Shown here piece by piece: positions 19,309-29,297 of a DNA stretch of 64,000 nt; the stretch's first letter is position 1, and each line of letters starts with the position of its first letter. The DNA is from a virus (lineage: Duplodnaviria; Caudoviricetes). Made by a program: the position numbers and the translations under genes. The DNA lies in the IMG/VR virus record IMGVR_UViG_3300013004_000030, positions 57,834 to 121,833 of that record; one strand, given 5' to 3'. Under the pieces are notes generated by a model, which was given only the letters and a program-made list of their open reading frames with translations, was not told the origin of the DNA and did no database searches.

Positions 19309-19524
19309 TCAAAGCGGGATGATTTCCATCGCGATCTTGGCGGCGGTGTTGGGGATGTTGTCTTTGGAGTTTTTGATGGCTTGCGAAACCTTATCAAGAA
19401 TCTTCGGAGGGTACTGGGTCACATCCAGTTCCCATTCCATGAAAAGGTATGCAACAACCGCGTCTGAGAACTGGCATCCTTGCAGGCCGTGGAAATCTTC
19501 GTAGTCGTCGTAGTTGGGGTCCAT
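19309..19524 (-). CDS. Hypothetical protein
   Basis: AAGGAGG RBS; elements on both sides. Confidence 0.7.
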   Translation of the reverse strand: MDPNYDDYEDFHGLQGCQFSDAVVAYLFMEWELDVTQYPPKILDKVSQAIKNSKDNIPNTAAKIAMEIIPL

Positions 19525-19567
19525 AACATCCTCCTTGATGTTGTTTCAACCATCTGGCCTCTTGTTT

Positions 19568-19876
19568 TCAAGAGGCGATCTTGTAGACGGGGGCGGACAC
19601 GAAACCGCTTCGGACTGCACGTCCGGTGGGGATCAACTTGTCCTTGAGTTCGGCGAGGACTTGGGGAACCCACATCGCGTTCTCGCTCCAGTCCTTGATG
19701 CACACCTCGTCGTTCTCCAAGCATACCTCGGGGAGGTTCACGCTGACCATGCCGAAGGGTTCGTCGGTCTGGTGATCCACGGCTTGGATGGCTACGCGGC
19801 CGTTGTGGTTGTATGTGTGGCAGACGAGACGGAGGGTGACGGTTTCGCCAAGGAAGTTGATGGTTACGGTGTTCAT
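19568..19876 (-). CDS. DUF4313-like protein
   Basis: Y..NGR.AI..EPFG..SVNL..IKDWSEN...TGR..RSGFV..PVY. Confidence 0.7.
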   Translation of the reverse strand: MNTVTINFLGETVTLRLVCHTYNHNGRVAIQAVDHQTDEPFGMVSVNLPEVCLENDEVCIKDWSENAMWVPQVLAELKDKLIPTGRAVRSGFVSAPVYKIAS

Positions 19877-20108
19877 GGTTTACCTTTCAGATGTTGTAGA
19901 GTTCGCAGAAAAGTGAGGCAAGGTCGGTGATTGAGATGCCTTCGTACTGGGAGAGGTTGTCCGTCCGGGCGTGGTTGAGGGTGTTGTCGGAAACCTTGAT
20001 GCCGACCTCCCTCATGGCGAGCAGTTCGTTGAGTAACTTGCAGTTCTGAGTTTCAAACCAAGACATTTCATTTTCCTCCTGTTGTTTCAACTATCCGGGG
20101 AGGATTTT

Positions 20109-20471
20109 TCAATCCTCCTCATTTTCGGCCTCCTCCACGGCGGATTCCAAGGCGTGGACGAGTTCGGGCTTCCGGGCGAGCCATTCCTTGTGGAGTTTGG
20201 CGACGGTGTAGTTCTCCTTCCGTTCCGGGAGATACACCGGCTTGCCGCACTCCGTCATGGGACGCCCCATGACGTCCATTCGCTGCACGAGCGGCCAGTG
20301 CTTAGTCCAAGTCTCGTGCGTGAACGAGAAGAACCACCAACTGCCGTCCATCATCACGGCCTTCACGCCGATTCGCTTGAACTTGGTGCGGACTTCGCCC
20401 TTCTTGGTCGTGTAGGTGCCGATGGGAGCCCAGCTGACCTTCGTTTCTTTGACGGTGAACCAGTTCATCAC
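20109..20471 (-). CDS. Hypothetical protein
   Basis: AAGGAG RBS; elements on both sides. Confidence 0.7.
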   Translation of the reverse strand: MMNWFTVKETKVSWAPIGTYTTKKGEVRTKFKRIGVKAVMMDGSWWFFSFTHETWTKHWPLVQRMDVMGRPMTECGKPVYLPERKENYTVAKLHKEWLARKPELVHALESAVEEAENEED

Positions 20472-20678
20472 AAGTCTCCTTTAGTGGGGTGATGTTGTTT
20501 CAACCATCTGGGGCGATTAAATCAAAGGGCTATTTCCTCCGTCGCCAGAAAGCCTCCAGGCCGTAAATGAACCCGATCAGGAGCCTGAGCCATATGTTCA
20601 TACTTTTTTCCATTAAGCATCCAAGGTTTATCTCGGATTGGATAAATAATGAGTCCTATTCCACAACAAGGAGAAGAA

Positions 20679-20945
20679 ATGCCAAGAAAGACCAATATAC
20701 AAACAAGAAAAGGAACGGCCGCATCATGGGCGAGCTCCAATCCTGTTCTTGCAGCCGGCGAGCCGGGCTTTGAGACCGACACAAAGAAACTGAAGATAGG
20801 CGACGGAACGACGGCTTGGAACAGCCTTCCCTATTTTACCGTGGACGGTGGTGTGATTGGCGGCGGATCTCCGACACCGACACCGACACCGACAGCCGTT
20901 TATTTCAGAATGAATCCTCCAACAGACAAGAATATTTCTTGGTGA
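20679..20945 (+). CDS. Short protein with tail-fibre/Mtd N-terminal-like domain and PT repeat
   Basis: IQ.RKGTAASW.S.NPVLA.GE.GFETDT.KLKIGDG.TAWNSLPY; ATAAATA upstream; terminator hairpin at 20963-21000. Confidence 0.75.
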   Translation: MPRKTNIQTRKGTAASWASSNPVLAAGEPGFETDTKKLKIGDGTTAWNSLPYFTVDGGVIGGGSPTPTPTPTAVYFRMNPPTDKNISW

Positions 20946-20995
20946 TTTCTATTTGACCGTGTGCCGGGGGAGTTACTCATACTCCCCCGGCTTTT

Positions 20996-21205
20996 TTATT
21001 TGCCAAGCAGTTCCTCAAGAACCTTTGTTTCATGTTCCGCCTTGATCCAGTTGTCGCAGTGCTGGTGGGTTTCAATGTCGGAACTCAGAGCGTCAATCGC
21101 GTTGCCGAAAGATCCAACCTCAATCTCCTTTGCGAGATTCTCAATCTCGGGCTCTTGGAGGAAGGCGAAGGGAAGGCTGCGGAAGCGGTCGGCGAGGCTT
21201 TTCAT
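20996..21205 (-). CDS. Hypothetical protein
   Basis: RBS and element upstream. Confidence 0.65.
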   Translation of the reverse strand: MKSLADRFRSLPFAFLQEPEIENLAKEIEVGSFGNAIDALSSDIETHQHCDNWIKAEHETKVLEELLGK

Positions 21206-21251
21206 GTTTTTCTCTCCTTGGTTATTATTTCAACCATCTGGGTTTGGTTTT

Positions 21252-21569
21252 TCAAACCGCGTATTGACCCGGCAATGCCGGAAGTCCGCACTTGGGACAG
21301 AAGTATTCGCCGTTTTTCTCAACCGGCTCGCCTCCGTCCACGAATCCGTTCCATCCGCAGTATTCGCTGGACTGCTTGGCTTGCTCAATGTGCTTGCACT
21401 TCCTTCGGAACTTGAAACCCTCGCAAGTGCAAGTCCAGTCGTGCTGGACTGTGCCTTGTGGCGTAGGCCCATACGAGACTGTATGGGTTCGGCCGGTTCC
21501 TTGAACATGGGTCTCAAACTGCTCGGCGGACTGGCAGTGGAAGTGGATCTCAATATTGAAGTCTGTCAT
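21252..21569 (-). CDS. SWIM zinc-finger protein
   Basis: WTCTC.GF.FRR.CKHI plus C-terminal CPKC. Confidence 0.75.
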   Translation of the reverse strand: MTDFNIEIHFHCQSAEQFETHVQGTGRTHTVSYGPTPQGTVQHDWTCTCEGFKFRRKCKHIEQAKQSSEYCGWNGFVDGGEPVEKNGEYFCPKCGLPALPGQYAV

Positions 21570-21612
21570 TGGATGGCCCTTTCTATTCTTTTAACCATCC
21601 ATTCAATAAAAA

Positions 21613-21858
21613 TCAGTTTTTAGGCTTGATGGATCTGACCATGGTGAAGGGTGCGAACCTTTGGGTCGTAACCACCACTTTATAACCCGAATCGTTGCAG
21701 TAGATCGCTCCGTCCGTCCCCTCGCAGACGATGCCGCTTCTCTTCTTGAAGCCGTTTTTTTCCAGCCTGTCGACAATGATGTCGTAGGCCCATCCCTGGA
21801 AGGAGAACTTTCCTCCCTCTGTCACCAGATCGTCGATCGCTTTTTTGCTGATGTACAA
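21613..21858 (-). CDS. Hypothetical protein
   Basis: AAGGAGG RBS; TTG start. Confidence 0.6.
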   Translation of the reverse strand: MYISKKAIDDLVTEGGKFSFQGWAYDIIVDRLEKNGFKKRSGIVCEGTDGAIYCNDSGYKVVVTTQRFAPFTMVRSIKPKN

Positions 21859-21971
21859 GATTTCCTCCTTGCTTTTGGCGTCATTGCCTTCCTTTCAACC
21901 ATCCAGGTAACAAAAAAAATCCCCAGCAGGTCATGCCGGGGATTCTGGTTCTCAACAAGCACAAATCCAGG

Positions 21972-22320
21972 TCATTCTTTGGACTTGGTGTACATGCTCT
22001 TAAGGACTTCGGCGTCCTGCTGGACAGCGGTTCCTCGATCGTACCCCGCGTGCCAGATTTCGGCATATCGATCGGGCTTCGAGACCGCCTCTACGACTCC
22101 TGCCACGAAAAACTTTGTGGCCAGGGTCGAGTTCTCGAGTTTTGCCTGGGTGAGCTGGTGCATAAGGTCGATTGACTGGTCCGTCTCGATGTCCTTGGCC
22201 TTCTGAGAGAGCCTCAGGTCATCCCTCAAGGAGACGATCTGCTGGTGCTGGAACAGGATGACTTGGAGGCTCAGGGCTGCGGTGATCATGAGGGCCATGG
22301 CCCAAAGGTTGTTCTTCATC
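21972..22320 (-). CDS. Membrane-anchored hypothetical protein
   Basis: N-terminal TM segment, coiled coil; AAGGAG RBS. Confidence 0.65.
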
Positions 22321-22380
22321 TTTCTCTCCTTGAAAGTTAGGGTCCCAGCTTGCATTTTAACTGTTCAGGCCCCCGCCATG

Positions 22381-22620
22381 TCAAGCGTGATGGTATCCCT
22401 TCTTGACCTTGCTGGAGACCAGCTTGTCGAACTCCTTCCTGGCCTCCGGCTCGGTCACGTCCTGGACCTTGTACCCCTCGGTCATGTTGCCGCCCCGGCG
22501 TCCGTAGCTGAAGAAAACGCTGAAGCTTTCGCTGCCTTCCTGCTCGAGACGGGCGTGGTAGACCTTGTCGCTCGATCCCTCTTGGAAATACAGGTCTGCG
22601 CTGTCAATGGTCTTGGTCAT
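22381..22620 (-). CDS. Stand-alone WGR-domain protein
   Basis: LYFQEGSSDKVY..FSYGRRG..KLV.SK.KKGY. Confidence 0.8.
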   Translation of the reverse strand: MTKTIDSADLYFQEGSSDKVYHARLEQEGSESFSVFFSYGRRGGNMTEGYKVQDVTEPEARKEFDKLVSSKVKKGYHHA

Positions 22621-22791
22621 TTTTAGATTCCCCTTTTTTCTCGGATGCACTTCGGGCATTGCCGCAGGATTGTGGTTTTGATGGGGGTTCCGCAAGCGGA
22701 GCACCTACGGACCTTCTTTTCCGGCATGATCTCTCCTTTTTCTCAAGCCCGGCCCCCACAATAGCGTGGGAGCCGGGGCATGAGGGCTTTT

Positions 22792-23004
22792 TCAAGCCGC
22801 CAACTTGGCGATGACCGACTTGCGGACGACGAAGACGTCACGCTTGCGGCCCTTCTTGCGGACATGAACCTGATCCACCTTCTTGGCAAGACCCTTCTTG
22901 CACAGGAGCCGCAGGAGGACGGTGGTGCCGATGTAGTCGGCCCCGGTCTTCTTCAGCCCAAGAACTTCCGCGAACTCACGAACCGTAACACGCTGATTAG
23001 CCAT
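22792..23004 (-). CDS. Small winged-helix-like protein, paralog of 38544..38885
   Basis: LGL..TG.DY.G.T..L..LC.KGL...VD.V...GR shared. Confidence 0.65.
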   Translation of the reverse strand: MANQRVTVREFAEVLGLKKTGADYIGTTVLLRLLCKKGLAKKVDQVHVRKKGRKRDVFVVRKSVIAKLAA

Positions 23005-24431
23005 AGAAACCTTTCTTTGAAGTGAAACCGAACACGAATAAAACTGTCTGGTCTTGGATTTTCAAAAACTTATGCTAGACATCGCTCGTCTTTCCTCACC
23101 ATGTCCTGGATCATCCTCAGGACTTCAATCTTGGTTCCTTCAAAGCCCATCGCCTTGAGAGCCTTGTAGGCCGACTCGCTGCCGGACTTGGCCTTCTGGT
23201 AGAGTCGGCACAGCCTAGCCGCAGTAATGGTTGTCATTGATGATCCTTCCGTCTCTCATTTCTTGCCAGCAACGGCCTTCTCTGCCGTAGATTTTATTTA
23301 TCTTGTTGAAAGCCTTGACTGCTGCTGTTTCCGAGAAGTGCTTGAAGATTATTTCCCTTCGGCTTTCGTTGCCGAAGTTGCACAGGGTCATGGCGACCCA
23401 CTCGCTTTTCTTTTTTCCTTTTACCGGCATGACTTTCAACCGTCCAGTCTTTTATTTTCAGCTGGGTTTGGTCATCTTGGCTATGAGGTGGGCTGCGTCT
23501 GGGACTGAAACTAGGTTCTTCCAGCAGCAGTTCAAGGCCTCCACGGCCTGTTGGTTCAAGAAAATAAGGGCAGAACTTGATTCAACGCCGAGATCATACT
23601 CTAGGTATGCGTACTGGCAGGCGAGTTGGACATATTCGAAGAAGTTTATGTGAGTCTTCATCGTCCGTATGTACGAAGAAGACTTTTTATTTTCACGCCG
23701 CTACCCGGACCACCTCCAGATTTGCGTCAAGATAGAAGCATTTTGTCTTGTCCTTGCTTGCTACCGCGTACCTGTCCACCTGTTTACCGTAGACGGACTT
23801 CATTTCTGCGTCCACGAGTTCTGTGTGGTTTGCATGATCCTGGGATTCACTCTTGTAGTCGCCTGCGACTTCGCTCTGGAAGGGATGGATGCTGGTCACG
23901 GTCCCGAAATCGGGGATGTAGTCGCCGACCTTCAGTTCAAGAACGCTGATCTTCATTAGTTCCTCCTGCCGATCCGGTTCCAGACCATGCGGGCAACGCC
24001 CGTCTTCCAAGCCCACAAGGCGTCCATCACGATCATTCCCGCGACGAACGACACGATTCCGACGATGATCTTGTCCATTGCTTTCTCCTTGTTTTTTCAA
24101 CTGTCTGGGGTTAAGGAATCAAGGGAACTTCTTCGTTGTAGGGCCGGAAATTGACCGCCACGACCCCGAAGCGTTCGTTAGGGATTACAGGTACGATCTC
24201 GTCCCACCTTCCCATGGTGTCACGATAGATCAGACGACGCCCGGGATGGGCAGCCGATACTTGCTCCCAGACCCATTCCGCGTCGTTCGTGATGCTCTTA
24301 CTGCCGCTGTCTGGATCTACCACGAACACCTTGTCTTCTTCAACACGGACAACATGAAATTCTGCGTGCCGCATTTTGCCATCCTTCTTCTTTGAAGAGA
24401 GAAAACATACCGGATGTTAATGGATCGACTT

Positions 24432-24506
24432 AGTGATCGGCGGGGCTCGAACCCGCAACTCCTCTCGTTTGGCGAGTGGAACTCTACCGATTTGAGTTAC
24501 GACCAC
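24432..24506 (-). ncRNA. tRNA-like RNA with non-canonical, elongated anticodon arm
   Basis: Acceptor GTGGTCG/CGATCAC, D arm ACTC/GAGT, T arm GCGGG-TTCGAGC-CCCGC; middle arm TCC.CTCG-CCAAA-CGAG.GGA has no canonical 7-nt loop. Confidence 0.7.
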
Positions 24507-24586
24507 CGATAGTTTTACGATAGGCGTCCGGTATCACGCGCCTACCAACCTTTGGAATCTATCCGACCCCTGTCGCCTTTATGTTG

Positions 24587-24811
24587 TTATGCCGCACAGC
24601 CCATCTTGGACTTCGCGGCGACCACCTTTCCCTCCGTGTTGTAGAGGGTTGCGTGGATGACATCCTGGATGTCCACGACCATGTTGTAGTAGTGGCAGAT
24701 CTTCTCGTAGGAAGCGTTCTTGATGTATCCCTTGCCTCCGCCGATGTAGGCGATCTCAATGAAATACTGCCCGCTTGCGTCCTTGCCGTCCAGCCATTTG
24801 ATGTTGTTCAT
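24587..24811 (-). CDS. Hypothetical protein
   Basis: RBS and element upstream. Confidence 0.65.
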   Translation of the reverse strand: MNNIKWLDGKDASGQYFIEIAYIGGGKGYIKNASYEKICHYYNMVVDIQDVIHATLYNTEGKVVAAKSKMGCAA

Positions 24812-24854
24812 TATTGATTCCTTGTTGTTTATTCAACCATCTGGGTTCGTTTTT

Positions 24855-25397
24855 TCAAACCGCCCGCGACTTCCTCCGGTCTTCCATCCAGTTCCAAACG
24901 GCAGTCTCGCTGACCTCTCGGCCGAAAGCCTTGAAAAGATAGTTGAGCCGGGATTGGAGTTTGCTCCTACGAGCGTTCACGGCATGAAAAGGCAACTCAC
25001 CATCGCAAGTCAGATTCTCGGGGCTCAACTCGCAATACAAGGCGTTGATTGCCTCAAGGATAAGTTGCTCCGAATGGTTCTGAAATGGGGTGTAAGGAAT
25101 GGGCTGTTCGGCCTCGGTCTTCGCTTGGGCGAAAGCCTTGAAGGCGGGATTCTCGGGCTGGGCAAAACTCTGCATCACCACGGCGGTTTCGGTATTCGCA
25201 CCTTGGGCGGCAACCATCATGCTGTAGGGTACGCCCCACTGCGAGCCGGCCTCGCTGCCGCGACCCGCACCACGGCTCTCAAGGATCCGAACCTTGGCCT
25301 TCTTCGGGTTCATCTTGACGATGATCCCCTTGGTACGCTCGCCGTTCTCGCGGCCAAACTCAACGATCATCCCGACACGGCACTCGTCGCGGTTCAT
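24855..25397 (-). CDS. Hypothetical protein (SH3/KOW-like N-terminus; LSPENLTCDGE C-terminal motif)
   Basis: 180 aa between two elements. Confidence 0.7.
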   Translation of the reverse strand: MNRDECRVGMIVEFGRENGERTKGIIVKMNPKKAKVRILESRGAGRGSEAGSQWGVPYSMMVAAQGANTETAVVMQSFAQPENPAFKAFAQAKTEAEQPIPYTPFQNHSEQLILEAINALYCELSPENLTCDGELPFHAVNARRSKLQSRLNYLFKAFGREVSETAVWNWMEDRRKSRAV

Positions 25398-25455
25398 GAT
25401 TATGATTCCTTTGGGTTGGTGGGTTACATTTATTCAACCATCTGGCTCAAGGAAA

Positions 25456-25689
25456 TCAAAAAGACCAGTCCTCGTTGTATGCCTCGTCCAAGTTCACCAT
25501 ATTGACCGAACCCCCGAAATACTCGAAGTGATCCTCGAATGTTGATTCCGGGGGGAAGGTGCTATGCAACTTCCTTTTGGCATATTCCTTCCGGAGGGCG
25601 GCAAGGGCGGCTTCCTTTGTCTCGGAGGCAACGGAGATTCCTGATCCCCCGAAGATGTTGGGTATCCGGCCGATCCAGATCGTTTTCAT
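25456..25689 (-). CDS. Hypothetical protein
   Basis: GAGGAG RBS; elements on both sides. Confidence 0.65.
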   Translation of the reverse strand: MKTIWIGRIPNIFGGSGISVASETKEAALAALRKEYAKRKLHSTFPPESTFEDHFEYFGGSVNMVNLDEAYNEDWSF

Positions 25690-25728
25690 TTTATCTCCTC
25701 GTTGTTTCAACGATCTGGGCGGTTATTT

Positions 25729-26472
25729 TCAGGACGCACACCATCCGCCAACGAGCCACTTGCAGCCGTGGTCCTCGGTCGCCTTCTTGTAGAGTTTGCT
25801 GCCTAACTTCTCGTCCATAGTCTGGAGTTTCGCAAGGAGTTTGTCCCTCTTGGTTTTGGTCTTCAAGAGTTCCTTGCGGATGGACTTGAGGCTCTTGTGG
25901 TTCTCGGCGGTAAAGTCAGCGTTCAGATCACCGGCCTTCACCAAAAGATCCTTCAAGTCCTTGGAAAGGGCATTGAACTTCTTGTTTTCCTCCACGCAAG
26001 GATCAAGAACGGCCTTCAGACTGGCCTTCTGGGTTTCCGAAAGTTGGTCGGCAAGCACAAACTTCCAGACGCTTCCGTCCATATCCGAGGCGATGCACTT
26101 GGACACCTTGACCCCGAATGTTCTGAAGAGTTCGTTTGGGTCAAGGGAAACAGTATGAACGCCGGGGTAGTTCCCCAACTTCTTGCCGCCGAATGTTGGG
26201 CTTGAGGTCAGAACCTCTCGCGTGTCCTTGAACTTCACGGCCAGAGCCGCGCCCCTTTTGTCGGTATTTTCGGAGATGTGGTCGGAAGCCTCGCTCCTTG
26301 AGTTGAAGACCTTATCAACGACTTGGATGCCGCTCAGTGTGGCGAAGGTGCCGCTGTAGGCTCCGGAACCGTACTCGTACCGCTCCTCAGCGACGAGTTC
26401 GTTGTACTTTGAGATCAATTCGGACTTGGTGAGGTTTCCGTCAAACTCGGCTTCTTTGAAATTCGCGCCCAT
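25729..26472 (-). CDS. Hypothetical protein
   Basis: 247 aa; MGA..F, EYG..YSGT, W..GGWCAS. Confidence 0.75.
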   Translation of the reverse strand: MGANFKEAEFDGNLTKSELISKYNELVAEERYEYGSGAYSGTFATLSGIQVVDKVFNSRSEASDHISENTDKRGAALAVKFKDTREVLTSSPTFGGKKLGNYPGVHTVSLDPNELFRTFGVKVSKCIASDMDGSVWKFVLADQLSETQKASLKAVLDPCVEENKKFNALSKDLKDLLVKAGDLNADFTAENHKSLKSIRKELLKTKTKRDKLLAKLQTMDEKLGSKLYKKATEDHGCKWLVGGWCAS

Positions 26473-26517
26473 GATTGTCTCCTTGTGTTATTGTTTCAAC
26501 CATCTGGGGAAATAAAA

Positions 26518-26742
26518 TCAACGACCCAGCAAAAGGACGCGGGTGTTGGGCTTGGAGTCGTCGCCCCAATCGTGACGACCATCCCATTGCTTTTTCTTGC
26601 GCTGCCCGTCCCAGTTGGCATCGAGCACGGCGTCCGTCTCGCTGATTCTGGGGTCGTCAAAGCCGCCCTCGTATCCGTCCACGACGACCTTCAGGTCGGG
26701 ATCGAACTGGCTCAGGGCCTTAATGAGCTCTGCAACGGTCAT
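26518..26742 (-). CDS. Small phage protein (MTVAELI..L..FDPD..VV..GYEGG)
   Basis: Common phage N-terminal motif. Confidence 0.7.
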   Translation of the reverse strand: MTVAELIKALSQFDPDLKVVVDGYEGGFDDPRISETDAVLDANWDGQRKKKQWDGRHDWGDDSKPNTRVLLLGR

Positions 26743-26817
26743 GATTTACTCCATGTCAACGAGTCGCCAATCCAGTATTGTTTCAACTATCCGGCAAGGA
26801 GTTTTCAAGAGAAAGAT

Positions 26818-27033
26818 CTACGATCCCAAACTAATCATGAGATCGGACTCCACTCCGGCCGGCACATCTTCTTCCAATATGTTTGCGAGCATACCCGCAG
26901 TCAAAAACGTGTCGGCATTGGTTCCAAAGCTGATGTCGCTGTTGCTCACGGCTTCCATTACATCAACATAGTTCTTGCCGGTCGCCTCGCAGTAGTCGGC
27001 CAACTCAACATACTTCATGGTCTGAATGTTCAT
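26818..27033 (-). CDS. Hypothetical protein
   Basis: AGGAGG RBS and element upstream. Confidence 0.65.
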   Translation of the reverse strand: MNIQTMKYVELADYCEATGKNYVDVMEAVSNSDISFGTNADTFLTAGMLANILEEDVPAGVESDLMISLGS

Positions 27034-27081
27034 TTTGTTCCTCCTAATCGGTTATTGTTTCAACGATCTGGCGATGGATTT

Positions 27082-28116
27082 TCAAGAATCTTCTTCGTTC
27101 TTGAGTTTCAGGCTGTCCAGAGCGTCCGCGTCAACATCCTCTCTGATCCCGAGATAGGTGGGCTGGTAGAGGCTTCCTCCATCGTAGGCGTACAAGTACC
27201 GAACCTCCACGATGTCTCCCTTGGAGGGGATTGCGTAGTTTGCGGGGATTGTGACATTGCCCACAGGGGTTCCGCACGCCATCTCCAAACTAACGCTTCG
27301 CTTCTGGTTGATATTGCTCACGACACAAGAACAAGTGCTGTAGAACTTGAACTTGAGGTAGTTACCGCCGCTGGCGGGTCGGCCAACTGAGTATCGTGAG
27401 CCGAGTCGCTTGAATACGATGCCTTCCGCGTTTTCCTTCTTGAGGAGATCGTAGAGTTTTCTCTTGTTGTCTTGAACGATCGGGACATACCGGATAGTGT
27501 CGCTTCCGAGCGTGGCGAGCATCAAGGAACGCTTCTCAAGGATGGTGTTTCTATGACACTCTCCGTCAACCTCAAGAAGATCAAAAACATATAGAGTTTC
27601 GCCCACAAGTTCACCGTCAAGGAGATAGTCGCCGGGAATCTTATCGGCCTCTTTGGCGATATGGGTGGGAACACTGACTTGTTTGCCCTTGCGGTTGAGG
27701 GCATAGACCTTTCCGTTCTTCTTGCCGAGCATGAACCGCACGCCGTCAAACTTCTGCTGAACCACCCAGTTTGGATCATCAAGAAGCCGTTCGCACTCAT
27801 CCTCGTCAATAGGATTGAGGAGAACGCACTGGATTTCGGTGGGTGTGTCGGGAAGGTCGGCTTGGGGAATAACGCTAGGCCCGTTCTCGGTCATGTGCCG
27901 GTATCCCTTGGCGAGCTTGCTGTCCACGAGCTTCCGCCAAACCTTCAAAGCCTCGTCCAGATCAACCGGGCTGTTGGTCTTGCTGCCGGTCGTCATGTTG
28001 CCCCCGCGGCGTCCGTAGCTGAAGTTGACGACATATCCGCCGTTCTTCTCCTCCACATTCGCGTGGTAAACCTTATCCGAACTTCCTTCTTTGAAATAAA
28101 GACTTGCGCTGGTCAT
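27082..28116 (-). CDS. WGR domain fused to ATP-dependent DNA ligase
   Basis: WGR N-terminus; QKFDGVR (motif I), LDGEL, VFDLL, EGIVFK, LKFK; OB-fold tail EVRYL..LYQP.YLG.R.D. Confidence 0.88.
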   Translation of the reverse strand: MTSASLYFKEGSSDKVYHANVEEKNGGYVVNFSYGRRGGNMTTGSKTNSPVDLDEALKVWRKLVDSKLAKGYRHMTENGPSVIPQADLPDTPTEIQCVLLNPIDEDECERLLDDPNWVVQQKFDGVRFMLGKKNGKVYALNRKGKQVSVPTHIAKEADKIPGDYLLDGELVGETLYVFDLLEVDGECHRNTILEKRSLMLATLGSDTIRYVPIVQDNKRKLYDLLKKENAEGIVFKRLGSRYSVGRPASGGNYLKFKFYSTCSCVVSNINQKRSVSLEMACGTPVGNVTIPANYAIPSKGDIVEVRYLYAYDGGSLYQPTYLGIREDVDADALDSLKLKNEEDS

Positions 28117-28163
28117 GTCTGTTTCTCCTCGGGTTGTTGTTTCAACCATCTGGGGCATGGGAA

Positions 28164-28607
28164 TCAAAAGTTGTTCAGGCAGAAGTCCTCACACTCGTCC
28201 TCGTTCATGATGAATCCGAAGTATTGGACGCGCTTCTCGGTCGTCTCGACAACAATCCCATCACTCGTGTAGACCCAGGAGTGCTGGCGCCAAACTCCGT
28301 CCTTGGAAAGTGCGTATCCTGTGCATATTCTGCAAAGCTCCCGATTTTCCTCCCAGCACGCCGCGCTGTTCGAGTGGCAACGGCAGGGTTCGCCCCGCAT
28401 CATCTTTGATCTTCCTGGGAACTTTCGCCCTCTCTCGAGGATTTTTTCCTTGTCCGGCTCGATCACAGGAGCACAAACGGCCCAGCCACCGATAGCCAGA
28501 AGCTTCTTTTTGAGAAGGCAGCTCGTGTTTCCGGTGCGAATCGTCATGCCTTGATCGCGCGCCCTTCGAAGCCAAGCATTGTCGGGTTTTTTAGTTTTGA
28601 TCTTCAT
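28164..28607 (-). CDS. Hypothetical protein (transglutaminase-like CH.N / H.W pattern)
   Basis: CRCHSN..TGYAL..WRQHSW..ETT..YFG. Confidence 0.65.
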   Translation of the reverse strand: MKIKTKKPDNAWLRRARDQGMTIRTGNTSCLLKKKLLAIGGWAVCAPVIEPDKEKILERGRKFPGRSKMMRGEPCRCHSNSAACWEENRELCRICTGYALSKDGVWRQHSWVYTSDGIVVETTEKRVQYFGFIMNEDECEDFCLNNF

Positions 28608-28818
28608 GATATTTCAACTATCTGGAAGCAAATAAAAAAGGCCGGCCCTCTCGGGAACCGGCCTATTGTCCGATCTCGGTCTTTTTTTTGCAGGAGTCTT
28701 GACCGTTCGGACTGCGGGTGTTTGGCCCGATGCAAGCCGACTACCGCCCGCTGAGTCGCCGTTTCTGCTGGAATCTGGCAGCAGCACAATCACGGCAAGT
28801 TTTGGTTCGTCTTGTTCT

Positions 28819-29296
28819 TCATAACCAAGTCCCCAGAAGTTCGTCAAGAACTTTCTTCTCGGACAGCCAGACCTTCTCGAAGCTTGTTCCAACAATGCTC
28901 TTGTTGTTGTCGTGGAGATCCGCCCTCTTGATGAGTTTGGCCTCCTCGCTGATCTTCGAGAGCCTCTCGGCCTCGAGCCGCTTCCTCGTGTTCCTGTTCT
29001 TGTCGGGGTGATTCTCCTTGGTGTAGACATCGGTGAGCTCGATCACAAGATCGAGAACCCTGGGTCCGAACTCCTCTAGAATCCGGCCTCGGCCGAAGTC
29101 AGGGTTCTTTGGCTCGACATCCTCCAGAACATCGTGGAGGCAAGCTGCGGCAAGAACATCGAGGTCGTTCGTCTTGGAACTCACAAGCTCTGCCACGGCC
29201 AGAACGTGAACATGGTAGGGCTCCCCGGTGTACTTGCGCACTTGCCCGATGCTTGAGTGGGCCTCGATGGCGAACATTTTTGCTTTTTCGTATGCG
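28819..29296 (-). CDS. HD-domain protein, small alarmone hydrolase-like (RelA/SpoT HD)
   Basis: FA..AH..GQ.RKYTGEPY..H...VA, AACLHDVLED, ELTD, IKRAD..DN. Confidence 0.82.
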
Positions 29297-29297
29297 T

